DNA of 64,000 bases, taken from IMG/VR virus record IMGVR_UViG_3300033997_000077, positions 1 to 64,000 of that record; one strand, 5' to 3'. The notes under the pieces were generated by a model that saw only the letters and a program-made list of their open reading frames with translations, did not search any database and was not told the DNA's origin. A program made the position numbers and the translations under genes. How positions within the stretch are numbered: the stretch's first letter is position 1; every line of letters begins with the position of its first letter. This DNA comes from a virus. Below, in pieces: positions 9,064 to 18,701 of this stretch.

Positions 9064-9909
9064 ATGCAAGTACAACTCTCACTCTCGAACCTCCCGACTC
9101 CGCCTGAACTTTTCGTGCGCCTCATTGCCCAACATGCGGGCTTGAGTGGCATCAAGACCTCCAAGCGTGGCACCAAATACACGGCAACTTCCGATTCAAC
9201 CTCCATTATCTATGACCAACAGGGCGGCCAAGTCTTCGTCAAGAAGGATGGCAAAGTCTTCATGGACTTCCCAGCTCCCCGCGTAGTCGGTAAGACTCTG
9301 ACCAGCGCGCAGTCTACAGCGGCTGCCAAACGCGGCGCTCAGATCAAAGCCAAGACCAAAGTTGAGGCACCGAAAGCAGGGTCACCGGAAGCACTCAAGA
9401 AGATCAAGTTCACGCCAAAGGCCCCAACTAAGCTGACCAAAGAGCAGCGCGCCGAGGTTAACGCGAAGTATGGCCCGGCGTTCGCCAAGAAAGTTATCGC
9501 GCTCGGCACTGCGCTGCTGGCTATCAAGGAAGTGAAACGCGAAACAGAGGAAGGCCCGCACGTCATGTTCTGGCCGTTCGCCTTCGGCCCAGTGACGCGC
9601 AAGGTCAAAACCGTATACGGTTCGATGCCGCGCTCCGACATTTATTCAATGATGGGCTCCGCACCTAGTATTCCGTTCAAGTCAGTCAGGGCAGTTGAGT
9701 TCCGTGGGTTTGCCAAGTGCCGCGTGTGCGGTATCAACCTCGGCGGGGCCACTCAATATTCCGCTGCTGGCGTTGCGCGCCCGAGCAACATTGCTGCCCA
9801 CTACCGCAGCCACGGCATTAACTGCAACTTGGTTGAGAAGGTTGCCACCGACAAGACTACTGGCAAGATGTACCGTGTTCTCTACGTCGGCGGGTTGAAC
9901 TCCATCTAA
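9064..9909 (+). CDS. basic hypothetical protein with C-terminal CxxC/HxxxH putative Zn site and S-x-S leader
   Basis: Starts MQVQLSLS. FRGFAKCRVCG...HYRSH. TAAGGA RBS. Confidence 0.65.
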   Translation: MQVQLSLSNLPTPPELFVRLIAQHAGLSGIKTSKRGTKYTATSDSTSIIYDQQGGQVFVKKDGKVFMDFPAPRVVGKTLTSAQSTAAAKRGAQIKAKTKVEAPKAGSPEALKKIKFTPKAPTKLTKEQRAEVNAKYGPAFAKKVIALGTALLAIKEVKRETEEGPHVMFWPFAFGPVTRKVKTVYGSMPRSDIYSMMGSAPSIPFKSVRAVEFRGFAKCRVCGINLGGATQYSAAGVARPSNIAAHYRSHGINCNLVEKVATDKTTGKMYRVLYVGGLNSI

Positions 9910-9918
9910 GGAAATCAC

Positions 9919-12564
9919 ATGCTCCATATTTCAACATCGGCACTGAAGCCGAGTCAGTATCGCAAGTTCGTTAAGGGATGGGACAAGGGACGTTACGCTG
10001 ACATCTTTGCTGAGTACACGTCCGACCCAAAAGCCTACCGCTTCACCCTGCCGCTGACCAAGACCAAAGCGCGCGACGCCGAACCCGTCGAGCCATTGCC
10101 GTCAGTAAAGGCCGCCGTGGAATCTGCGGGCTACGTTGTCGATGACTACATTGGCGGCTACGCCGTTGACTCTGCGACTGGCAAGCGCCGTGTTCGTATC
10201 GGCAAGCTCTTGAAATCACCGACTGCCGTGCAGGAGTTTGCAAACGACAAGCGCCGTGGCGCAGCAAAGCAAAAGGCGGGCGCAATGTCCGTCGTGATCT
10301 CTCGTCACCCATACGACGTTGCGGGCATGTCCACCGACCGAGGCTGGACAAGCTGCATGAACTTGATCGACGGTGTGAACAAGCACTATGTAGCCAAGGA
10401 CGTCAAGGAGGGGTCGCTCATTGCGTACCTCGTTGATTCCAACGACCTGAATATCCAATCGCCCAAGGCCCGCATTCTGATGCGCGTGTTCAAGGCGAAA
10501 GGAAAGATCGGTCTGTTCCCGTCCGGCGTCTACGGCACTGCGTCCGATGCGTTCGCGTTGACCGTCGCCAAGTGGTGCAGCGAAGTGAACTCCAAGTTCT
10601 TCAAGATCCCATACGGCACGACCATGAAAATGCTCGCGTCTCTGTATCCGGACTCTTCGACTCGGGTAGTGCACTTGCCGCAAGAGGATAACGCCGCCGA
10701 GAACCTGCGTGTGCTGCTCGACTCTCCGACCGCACCGTCCACCATATCGGTCGAGAAGCTGCGCAGTAAGTTTGTTGTGCTTGTCGACAACATGGCAGAC
10801 CAAGAGGCGAGGGCTGCGGGCTTTAACCCCAATTCGTATGACGCCAACGCCAAACTGGCGGACAGCCTTATCAAATCCACCCGCGTGTTCGAAGCCAAGT
10901 ACCCGTCCTCTGTGAAGGCGATTCGTTCGGTGTTCGTACCTCGCGCCATGATCCATCTACGCTCCAATGAGTTAGCCACTAACGTCCAGCGCCTGCCTGA
11001 TGCGAGTCGTGAATATCTGACCAACCACTTTGCGCAGTTTATCACGTTGGTTCGCACCAACGCCGCGAAGAAGAAACCCAACCTCAAGGTGCTCAAGCAG
11101 TTCGAGACCGTAATGGAAATCCGAGGGTTTGAATCGATCATAATGAGCATGTCTTCGGATCACTATAAGGGCAGCCCTTACTCCGGCGATGATTGCATTG
11201 CCTTCATCAAAGACCTGTTCAAGTTGGCGTACTATCAGGGCGAAAACATCTATTCGAATGAACCGTCCTACGTAGCTACTCTCTCCGATTTGGATCGCAG
11301 TACCGCTGCTGAGCTGCTATTCGGCAACTTCCTAGAAGACGCGGACGCCAAGAAACTTGCGGATTCCTTCAAGGAAGGCACTGACGATTACTTGCTCGCC
11401 AACTTTGCCAACTACTGCTACGGTCGTATCACGATCAAGCAGCTGCTAAAGCAAGTTGGAGCCGAGGGCCTTGTGGAGATCAGTGGACTCAAGATCCGCT
11501 TTGCCGAACAGTACAGCCCGAAGCCGGAGTTCATCGCATTTGCGCGCGTGAACGCAATGCCAATGAGCAGATCAGTCGGGACGTTGCGTGCAGCACTTAA
11601 TACCAAGAGCTTGGAGTCAATGTTCGAGACACTGAAGGCAGGTAATCCAGAGTCTCTAGCTATTGCGCTGCTGGCCGCGCACCTCAGACGTGAAGGGTAC
11701 AACTCTTCCAAGTTCGTGGAAGAGTGGGTGGCCGCCGCTCCTTCGGATCCGGCATTGCTTGGCAGCGAGATCCTGATCCGCACCGCTAAGTCACTTTACA
11801 CTGCGGAGAAGAAAGGTTTGATGCACACCAAGAAAGATGTGATACGCTTCGACGAGAGCGCACTGTTTAAGAAATTGTCTAAGGCAATGCGTAGCGCAAT
11901 GGTTGCCAGTATCAGCACGGAAGCCGCTGCGCTGGACACGATGGAGAAGATGTTCAACGCGCACGACCCTAATACTTCGATGGATGTTTCCTATCAGGGC
12001 CTGTCTCCCAAGCAGATCGAAGCGCTTGGATCTCCTCTGGCCCCGCACCTGATCGTAGCTTTGCCGTTTGTCACTGGATGCGACGGATTGCTCGGTGCGG
12101 ATTCCCCACGCATGTTCGCAAATTCCCTGCCGAATAAGCGGTCGCGTGAGATGGAGCTGCTGCTGTCAATGTACTACATCTTCGACACCGAAGATTTCGA
12201 TAGCAAAGGGCGCATTGAGTACGCGGAGCAGCTGCTGTCGCTACCAGTCCTTGCGTTGATAGCGAGCCCTGAGTGGGGGCAGATGGTTGCGGGCGTTGAC
12301 GCGTTCGTCGCCAAGTTGCCGACCAAGTTGCGAACTGCCATCGGCAACAAGACTTTCCCTGCTCTGCTCAAGGCCGGTATTCAGGGGACGGTTGATCGCG
12401 TGACTGTGGATGAAGATGAAGACTTCGATGCAGACACTCCGCTGCTGCGCCGTGTTGAGCTTGTTCTCGAATCGAATCTGCATCGCCGCTCTGCGCTACG
12501 CAACATCAAGCCTGAAGATCTCACACGTTACGCCGCAGCCCTCATTGCTCTGGCACAGGAGTAA
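9919..12564 (+). CDS. large putative virion protein, paralog A (conserved N-domain, variable helical C-part)
   Basis: Starts MLHISTSALKPSQYR. Shares SRHPYDVAGMSTDRGW.SCM with the next gene. Confidence 0.8.
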   Translation: MLHISTSALKPSQYRKFVKGWDKGRYADIFAEYTSDPKAYRFTLPLTKTKARDAEPVEPLPSVKAAVESAGYVVDDYIGGYAVDSATGKRRVRIGKLLKSPTAVQEFANDKRRGAAKQKAGAMSVVISRHPYDVAGMSTDRGWTSCMNLIDGVNKHYVAKDVKEGSLIAYLVDSNDLNIQSPKARILMRVFKAKGKIGLFPSGVYGTASDAFALTVAKWCSEVNSKFFKIPYGTTMKMLASLYPDSSTRVVHLPQEDNAAENLRVLLDSPTAPSTISVEKLRSKFVVLVDNMADQEARAAGFNPNSYDANAKLADSLIKSTRVFEAKYPSSVKAIRSVFVPRAMIHLRSNELATNVQRLPDASREYLTNHFAQFITLVRTNAAKKKPNLKVLKQFETVMEIRGFESIIMSMSSDHYKGSPYSGDDCIAFIKDLFKLAYYQGENIYSNEPSYVATLSDLDRSTAAELLFGNFLEDADAKKLADSFKEGTDDYLLANFANYCYGRITIKQLLKQVGAEGLVEISGLKIRFAEQYSPKPEFIAFARVNAMPMSRSVGTLRAALNTKSLESMFETLKAGNPESLAIALLAAHLRREGYNSSKFVEEWVAAAPSDPALLGSEILIRTAKSLYTAEKKGLMHTKKDVIRFDESALFKKLSKAMRSAMVASISTEAAALDTMEKMFNAHDPNTSMDVSYQGLSPKQIEALGSPLAPHLIVALPFVTGCDGLLGADSPRMFANSLPNKRSREMELLLSMYYIFDTEDFDSKGRIEYAEQLLSLPVLALIASPEWGQMVAGVDAFVAKLPTKLRTAIGNKTFPALLKAGIQGTVDRVTVDEDEDFDADTPLLRRVELVLESNLHRRSALRNIKPEDLTRYAAALIALAQE

Positions 12565-12566
12565 CC

Positions 12567-14774
12567 ATGATCAACATATCAACGTCGGCGCTGAAACCAA
12601 GTCAGTACCGACAATACGTGAAGGGGTGGAACAAAGAACGCTACGCCGATCTATTTCGCAAGTACACAGGCGACCGTAACAACTACCGCATCCACTTGCC
12701 GCTAGTGTCAGGCGCAAAGCGTGTGGCTTACGCCCCAGTGCCTGAAGCAATTCAGAAGTCAGTTGCGGAAAAGGGCTACGTTGTCGAGGACTACATCACG
12801 GGGATCGCGGTGGATGCCAGCGGTAAACGTCGCATCAAGATCGGTAAGCTGTTGACGCCGGAGTTGCAACAGGTGTTCGCCAACGACAAGTCGCGTAGTA
12901 ACGCACGCAACGCGGCGTCAGGCAATCAGATGATCGTGATCTCCCGCCACCCTTACGACGTGGCGGGGATGTCGACTGACCGTGGCTGGGTAAGCTGTAT
13001 GCACCTTGTCGGAGGCTCCAATGCCAAATACGTCAAGGACGACATCATTCAGGGTTCGATCATCGCGTACCTTGTAAGCAAAGACGACCTGAACTTGCAG
13101 CGCCCGAGCGCCCGAATTCTGTTGCGTGTCTATCGTGCGGAGAACGGCAAGAAGGGCCTGTTCCCGTCCGGCATCTACGGTGCGCGCTCTCAGTTGTTCT
13201 TCGACACTGTGCGCAAGTGGTGCAGCGAAGTGAACGCAACGTACTTCGGCATCCCCTACGGAATGACGATGGATCTGCTCGACGATCTCTACAACGATGG
13301 GCGCAAGACCGTAGTCAATGACAACTACGATCCGGCGACCGCGTTGAAGGAGTTGGAGAAGTCACTGCGCGCCAATCCCAAATCCGTGGTGGAAGAACTT
13401 GGCATGTTCGAGACCAAGTTCGGCTCCGATGTGTCTGAGTTCTACGCTCTGGTCAACGCGATCAACTCGAAAGAGATGGATATGCGCTTGGCCGAGAACG
13501 CGGTGCGTAAGATCCGGATCCTCGTCGAAGATAACGCGGTCACGCTCGCCTACAAGGACTGCGCGGAAATCGCAGCGCGCGGCTACTGCCACAACCCAAC
13601 CACGTTCGTGACTCACGACGCGCTTGCGCTGTTGCGGGTGTCGGCTATCATGGGTCAGAAGCTGCTGCATGAGATCGACGCGTTCAAGGTTGCGGCCTCC
13701 ACGGTACGCGCCGAACGTGACATTTCGATGACGCGCCTCTACACAATGATGATGGATGTTGAAGCCAGCCGTCCGTTGCTCGACGCGGCTCCGAAGTTTG
13801 GGGTCTCTCAGGAGAAGGCGCTGTCGCTGATGACTACCGACACGCACAACAACTGGCACCGCGTAGCCCTAACCAAGGCTGAACTCAAAATCCTGAAGCG
13901 GACGTGGGCGGAAGAAGGTGTCGACGAGTTGCCTCCTTACTACGAGGCAGCGCTGGCTCCCGAAACCAAGATGCCCGCAATGTTCAAGAAGTTCGTCGAA
14001 GCCGCCAACAACGAGTTCGTCAAGGGACGCTCTACGGGCCGCACGCATAGTCCGGCAACGATGAAACTGCTGATTGAGCGCATGCCTGCCGACAAGTGGG
14101 TGTCTGCGTTCCGTGGTAGCTACCTGCTCCCGTTGCTGGTGCACAGCACTTACGCCAATGACACCAACGCCACGGCGATCAGTGCGATGCGTCCGTACCT
14201 TGCAAAGCGTATTACGGATTACATGAAAGACGAAACCAAACGCGGGAGCTTCATGGTGAAAGCGTTGCTTCCCTTTGAGGGCGCAATGTCTGGCCCTCAA
14301 TACGGCCCCGAGTTCTTCCATGCTATCCCTGACGCGTTGTGGGTGGAGCCCGTCATGTCCATGATCGGTCTCGATGTGCTGTTGAATGGTAGCGGTGGAC
14401 GCGGCGCGATTGAAGGCGAGCTTGGTATCACGTCGTGGATCTCCGCTGCGCCCGTCCGCATCATGGCATTGGCAAACACGGAAGACTTCAACGGCGGCCC
14501 ATTCCAGTCGGTAATGGGTGCAATCACTGCTGACCCGAAGACCGCAGGCAAGATGGTAACGTTGCTGAAGCAGGCTCTTCGCAACGTTCCGTCGTTCTTG
14601 CGCGTGGCCCGAATGTTCCCGCTGATGCAAGCAGCGTACAACGTTCAAGAGTCCGTGGAAGACGCGCAGGAACATGGCGTCACTATCGAAGAGGAATTGC
14701 GTGACAGGTTCGGTGCAGACTTCAACCCTGCCGCCGTGCGCATGCTGCTCAATTCTGGGCTAGGCTTCATGTAA
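12567..14774 (+). CDS. large putative virion protein, paralog B
   Basis: Starts MINISTSALKPSQYR. The first ~245 aa are clearly homologous to 9919; the rest is not alignable by eye. Confidence 0.8.
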   Translation: MINISTSALKPSQYRQYVKGWNKERYADLFRKYTGDRNNYRIHLPLVSGAKRVAYAPVPEAIQKSVAEKGYVVEDYITGIAVDASGKRRIKIGKLLTPELQQVFANDKSRSNARNAASGNQMIVISRHPYDVAGMSTDRGWVSCMHLVGGSNAKYVKDDIIQGSIIAYLVSKDDLNLQRPSARILLRVYRAENGKKGLFPSGIYGARSQLFFDTVRKWCSEVNATYFGIPYGMTMDLLDDLYNDGRKTVVNDNYDPATALKELEKSLRANPKSVVEELGMFETKFGSDVSEFYALVNAINSKEMDMRLAENAVRKIRILVEDNAVTLAYKDCAEIAARGYCHNPTTFVTHDALALLRVSAIMGQKLLHEIDAFKVAASTVRAERDISMTRLYTMMMDVEASRPLLDAAPKFGVSQEKALSLMTTDTHNNWHRVALTKAELKILKRTWAEEGVDELPPYYEAALAPETKMPAMFKKFVEAANNEFVKGRSTGRTHSPATMKLLIERMPADKWVSAFRGSYLLPLLVHSTYANDTNATAISAMRPYLAKRITDYMKDETKRGSFMVKALLPFEGAMSGPQYGPEFFHAIPDALWVEPVMSMIGLDVLLNGSGGRGAIEGELGITSWISAAPVRIMALANTEDFNGGPFQSVMGAITADPKTAGKMVTLLKQALRNVPSFLRVARMFPLMQAAYNVQESVEDAQEHGVTIEEELRDRFGADFNPAAVRMLLNSGLGFM

Positions 14775-14790
14775 AAGCAAAACTGTAAAC

Positions 14791-14822
14791 AAAGGGTAGT
14801 GGGGCAACCTGCTACCCTTTTT
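14791..14822 (+). terminator. Rho-independent terminator closing the effector island
   Basis: AAAGGGTAGTGG-GGCAA-CCTGCTACCCTTTTT. Confidence 0.7.
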
Positions 14823-14837
14823 CCATTGGAGATTATC

Positions 14838-15974
14838 ATGAGAACTTTCTGGCCTGCACCGCCCCGCCCAACCAACCTTGTAGATGAATTCTGGGATCAG
14901 CTGCACGCAATCCCTCGCTCCGAGGTCGAAGCAAAGAAGCAGCATGCAACTTGGATGCTGCATCACCCGATTGATGTAGCGTTAGCCGTTACGCATCAGT
15001 ACCTCAGAGGCATTGCTAGTGCCGATGACCAGCTAAAGGCGTTCGTTGAGTTCTGGGTGCCTACGGATACCGTGCGCCGCAATCGTCTGCACGAAATGTT
15101 GAGTAAGCAAGCGTGCTGGGAGCGCACAAGCTGGATTCCCTTCAGTAGGAAAGTTCAGGTATTGCCTGCACGGTTCGCCCACAACGCATTCATGTTCTCT
15201 GCACTGGTTGCCACCGCTACCCCACACGTTTATGGTCACGTATCCGGTCGCTACACAAATGCTGCGCCAACCGCGTCGAGTTACTGCAAGAACAACTGCC
15301 GTCCTCCCATCGTTGACGGTAAGTGGTTGCCATCAGAGGAAGCGGTATTGACCAACTTCGTCAACGCCGAGTTGCCGCCTCACATAGGATTGGTGACTAC
15401 CGTGCGCTTGTTGCGTTCGATGATCCTCACGCTGCTTTCACCGACCGGACACATTTCGTTCGTCCTTGGGATCCCAACCATCTTTGATGGTCGCATCGGC
15501 TTCAATTGCTTCAACACCCTGCCTCGCTATTTCGAGAGCACTGTGGAAATTCCAGCATGGAAGCCGCATGCGCGCCCTGACGAGCCACGCTTTGTCAAAG
15601 CTACTCGCGGCCCCGAGGCGGTGCGCGGCCCAAAAGCTACTCGCGGCCCCATAGCCCCACGTGGCCCTGATTCAAGATCTGCACCCTACCGCCACGGCGA
15701 TGCCACTATAAACAACGGGGTATCTGTTGCGGACATGATGCTCGTCGCTGCCGTCACCGACCACATGAACTCCGCCGCTGTAGAGCTGCGACGCGGTGAC
15801 GACGCGGTTGCCAATGACCTCGCACATGGCTTGAGCATTGAAGATCCCAAGCCTTACTGCCGCGAACCTGATCCGACACCTAGCTATCGCGCAGACCCTG
15901 AGCCTGTGTGCCGCGACGACTCGCCGTCAACCAGCTGGGGCGGTGATTCATCCTCCAACTGTAACTCCGACTAA
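14838..15974 (+). CDS. hypothetical protein with xxRGP repeats and Ser/Asp-rich C-tail
   Basis: GGAG RBS then ATG 14838. Ends DDSPSTSWGGDSSSNCNSD. Confidence 0.65.
   Translation: MRTFWPAPPRPTNLVDEFWDQLHAIPRSEVEAKKQHATWMLHHPIDVALAVTHQYLRGIASADDQLKAFVEFWVPTDTVRRNRLHEMLSKQACWERTSWIPFSRKVQVLPARFAHNAFMFSALVATATPHVYGHVSGRYTNAAPTASSYCKNNCRPPIVDGKWLPSEEAVLTNFVNAELPPHIGLVTTVRLLRSMILTLLSPTGHISFVLGIPTIFDGRIGFNCFNTLPRYFESTVEIPAWKPHARPDEPRFVKATRGPEAVRGPKATRGPIAPRGPDSRSAPYRHGDATINNGVSVADMMLVAAVTDHMNSAAVELRRGDDAVANDLAHGLSIEDPKPYCREPDPTPSYRADPEPVCRDDSPSTSWGGDSSSNCNSD
15600..15671 (+). repeat. 4 x 18-bp imperfect in-frame tandem repeat (ATRGPE/AVRGPK/ATRGPI/APRGPD)
   Basis: GCTACTCGCGGCCCC appears twice exactly, alternating with two degenerate units. 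Confidence 0.75.
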
Positions 15975-15989
15975 ACAACGGTACTTGCT

Positions 15990-16556
15990 ATGAGACACAA
16001 AGTGATAGAAATGTTTGGTGCACGCATCGACTGGCTGCTCGATGCGGAAGCCCCATCCTCAACAATAGAAGCAATACTCAACACCTTCGGACGTGGCGCA
16101 CCAGTCGTTGACGTCCTGATGTTGGTCTACCCGCACACGGCGCGCGAGCGTGTAGCGCGTGATCTTCTCGATACGAAGAGCAAGCTGCTGCCGCCCGTAG
16201 CGCCAGCCTACATCGGACGCCATCGGACTAAACGTATCGACGACTTCGATACGTTGTGTGCTCACTTCGGCGGCACGCTTCCGAAGTACGAACTGGAACG
16301 TATTCGTCGCTGGGGCGACGGAGTGCGTGAGATCATCTACGACCATCTGGACGCGCCGAGCGATAACTACCTGCAATCGCGCTTGCGCCTGTTCCTCGAA
16401 TTCATGTTTGGTTACGTGTGCTACCCGCACGCGTTCGACATCACGATTACACCGAAGACCACCGAGAACGGTGTGGTGAGAACGGGCTGGGCCAAGCTGA
16501 CGTTGTTCGCGGATCCCGCTGGCCCGAGCTTTGACATTTACGACGGCCCGCTGTGA
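15990..16556 (+). CDS. hypothetical protein, paralog family member 1
   Basis: 188 aa; contains RLRLFLEFMFG...FDITITP. Confidence 0.7.
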   Translation: MRHKVIEMFGARIDWLLDAEAPSSTIEAILNTFGRGAPVVDVLMLVYPHTARERVARDLLDTKSKLLPPVAPAYIGRHRTKRIDDFDTLCAHFGGTLPKYELERIRRWGDGVREIIYDHLDAPSDNYLQSRLRLFLEFMFGYVCYPHAFDITITPKTTENGVVRTGWAKLTLFADPAGPSFDIYDGPL

Positions 16557-16564
16557 GGTGAGTT

Positions 16565-17140
16565 ATGCAAAAAGAATCGCTGCCTTACCTCAAGCATGCA
16601 ATCGAGTACGTTGGATCTGAGATGTTGGGTTCGCTGCTGGTAACCACGTCCCCAGTGAACTTCACTTACGACTGGTTCGACCAAACCAAGTACGGCCTAT
16701 CACGCTTCAGTATCAGGATGCTCGCTGGCTTGCTGCCACCAATGCACTTCGGCCAGCACCTGTGCAAGCGCGTCGCTATATCCCGCGCAGCAGGCAAGAG
16801 CGTCAAGTGCCGTTACTACATGCGGCCCACTGTGAGGATGGAGCTGCCGGAATACATGGCGTACATAGAAGCAGAGTACAAGTCAATGTATGCGCGCGTG
16901 CGTTGCGGGATTACCTCGCTGCGTACTTCGGCTACCTACTTCCAGATAGAGCACTGGCAGTTCAAAGCAGTGCTTCGCCTATTCCTTGACTACGTGTACG
17001 GCGCTGCCCCCACGATGGAACAGATAGAGATCACGCCTGATCGGATCGTACTGAAGTTCCCTAGCGGCGACGTCGTTATCCAAGAGGTCGGCCAGTACGA
17101 CCAGAGCTTCGACTGGTCAACCGTGGAGGGACTGAAGTAA
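16565..17140 (+). CDS. hypothetical protein, paralog family member 2
   Basis: GAGGTGA RBS; contains VLRLFLDYVYG...IEITP. Confidence 0.7.
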   Translation: MQKESLPYLKHAIEYVGSEMLGSLLVTTSPVNFTYDWFDQTKYGLSRFSIRMLAGLLPPMHFGQHLCKRVAISRAAGKSVKCRYYMRPTVRMELPEYMAYIEAEYKSMYARVRCGITSLRTSATYFQIEHWQFKAVLRLFLDYVYGAAPTMEQIEITPDRIVLKFPSGDVVIQEVGQYDQSFDWSTVEGLK

Positions 17141-17877
17141 TGAAGCTGACTCCAAAGCACCGAGGGATTCCTACCAAGTGGATCCATGAAGGCGTACCAG
17201 CGGGAGCAATCCCGCTTACTGGGTTCGCGTATCACAGCTGGCAGCAGTTCCATAACCGCATCGTAATGTCTCCGAATCCTATGGCAACGTTGTTCGACAT
17301 CTGCGAGGAACACTTCGCAGCGCCTGAGCAAGGTTACTTGTGGATCGCCGCGTTGCTCCCATCGCCGCTGCGGTACAACCTCGCGAACCGCGTGCTTGGG
17401 TGCGGCCTCACGTACAGCAAGCGCAATCTACTGGCCCGCCGCCGTACTTGCGAGCTTGCTGGCATCACCAAAGAAGAGGCGATCAACATGCCTTGGAATT
17501 ACGTGGTGCCCAAGACAACTAGATCCATCCAGTTCGCCCGACGCGAAACCATGACCGACATGAAGGACTACAACCAGTCGACTGTCGTGGACTATCTTGT
17601 GGCGTTGCGTGAGCGCAATCCTGAGTATCTGGAAAAGATCGAACACGCGTGCGGGGCAGTCATGGAAGATGCCATTCGCCACGGCCACCCGCTGGACTCC
17701 AAAGGCTGCATCATTCTCCGGCTGTTTATCGTTATTTCTTACATGTGCGCGGCACGTCCGTCCGATCTCACATACGACATCACAATGTCAGACGATCCGG
17801 AAAGTTCGTGCCTGTACTGGAGCATTGCTATCCGCAGCAATGATCATTTCTACATCATCAACGGAACCCATTACTAA
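17140..17877 (+). CDS. hypothetical protein, paralog family member 3
   Basis: TAATG overlap; contains ILRLFIVISY...YDITMS. Confidence 0.7.
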   Translation: MKLTPKHRGIPTKWIHEGVPAGAIPLTGFAYHSWQQFHNRIVMSPNPMATLFDICEEHFAAPEQGYLWIAALLPSPLRYNLANRVLGCGLTYSKRNLLARRRTCELAGITKEEAINMPWNYVVPKTTRSIQFARRETMTDMKDYNQSTVVDYLVALRERNPEYLEKIEHACGAVMEDAIRHGHPLDSKGCIILRLFIVISYMCAARPSDLTYDITMSDDPESSCLYWSIAIRSNDHFYIINGTHY

Positions 17878-18692
17878 TGACTCCTTATCAGTTCAAGTTC
17901 GCTGCTGACATTCACCACAACCTTCCGGTGCTGGCCCTTGATGCCGACGACACTCTGGTCAATACCCGTTCATGGTTCACTAAGCTGGCTGTCGCCAACG
18001 GTGCCGACGGAGCTAAGTGCTTGGCGTGCCCAACTCTGTCGCTGACCGACGAACTCATTGAGCGCAAGTATCAGAACACTGCGTTGGAAGATGCAACGTT
18101 CATGCGCGAAGCACCACTGTTGCCCGGCGCAGAGTATCTGCTGAAGGCGCTGAGTTACGTTGAGTATCCGCACTTCGTTCTCACGCATCGCGGTTACCAC
18201 GAAGACGGCCAGCGCATAACTGAAGAGTTCTTTGCCGAGCACGTGCCGACGGCTACTCCGCAAGTTGTGGCGATCCCGTCGAAGGTATCCAAGCACGAAT
18301 TCCTCGAAGCGTACTTCTCCGGTCAATCACACCGTGGCAACTACCTGTTGGTCGACGACAACACTCACTGCCGTCGCCCTGATGCTAACGGTGTCATTGT
18401 CCATGATCGCTGGTCGCGCACGGTCGTGGTGTCCCAGCCGTGGAACGTTGACGTTGCATTCGGTAGCACTCGCGTCATTCACGTCGAGTCCATCCTGAAA
18501 GTGCTGATGCAAGAGCTGCACGTGTACGCGGAAGTGCGTGGTTCCCAAGCAGCCAAGCAGATGTATAAGAAGTTGTGGAACTACATTCGCACGACTCCTT
18601 ACCACGTCCCCGAAGAGCACGTTGCTGTACGCGAGCACCGCACCGCAACGCTTACCGACAACCAACCTATCGGCGTCGACGTCTGCCGCTAA
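17877..18692 (+). CDS. HAD-superfamily hydrolase (5'(3')-nucleotidase-like)
   Basis: Motif I LALDADDTLVNT, motif II LTHRG, motif III K and motif IV LLVDDN. Confidence 0.8.
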   Translation: MTPYQFKFAADIHHNLPVLALDADDTLVNTRSWFTKLAVANGADGAKCLACPTLSLTDELIERKYQNTALEDATFMREAPLLPGAEYLLKALSYVEYPHFVLTHRGYHEDGQRITEEFFAEHVPTATPQVVAIPSKVSKHEFLEAYFSGQSHRGNYLLVDDNTHCRRPDANGVIVHDRWSRTVVVSQPWNVDVAFGSTRVIHVESILKVLMQELHVYAEVRGSQAAKQMYKKLWNYIRTTPYHVPEEHVAVREHRTATLTDNQPIGVDVCR

Positions 18693-18701
18693 GGAAAGTC
18701 C

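Noticed and set aside
3069-14774. N-terminal leaders as Sec or lipoprotein signal peptides
   Set aside because: They are only ~8-12 aa long, with no hydrophobic h-region and no lipobox Cys. They alternate hydrophobic and polar residues like a beta strand.
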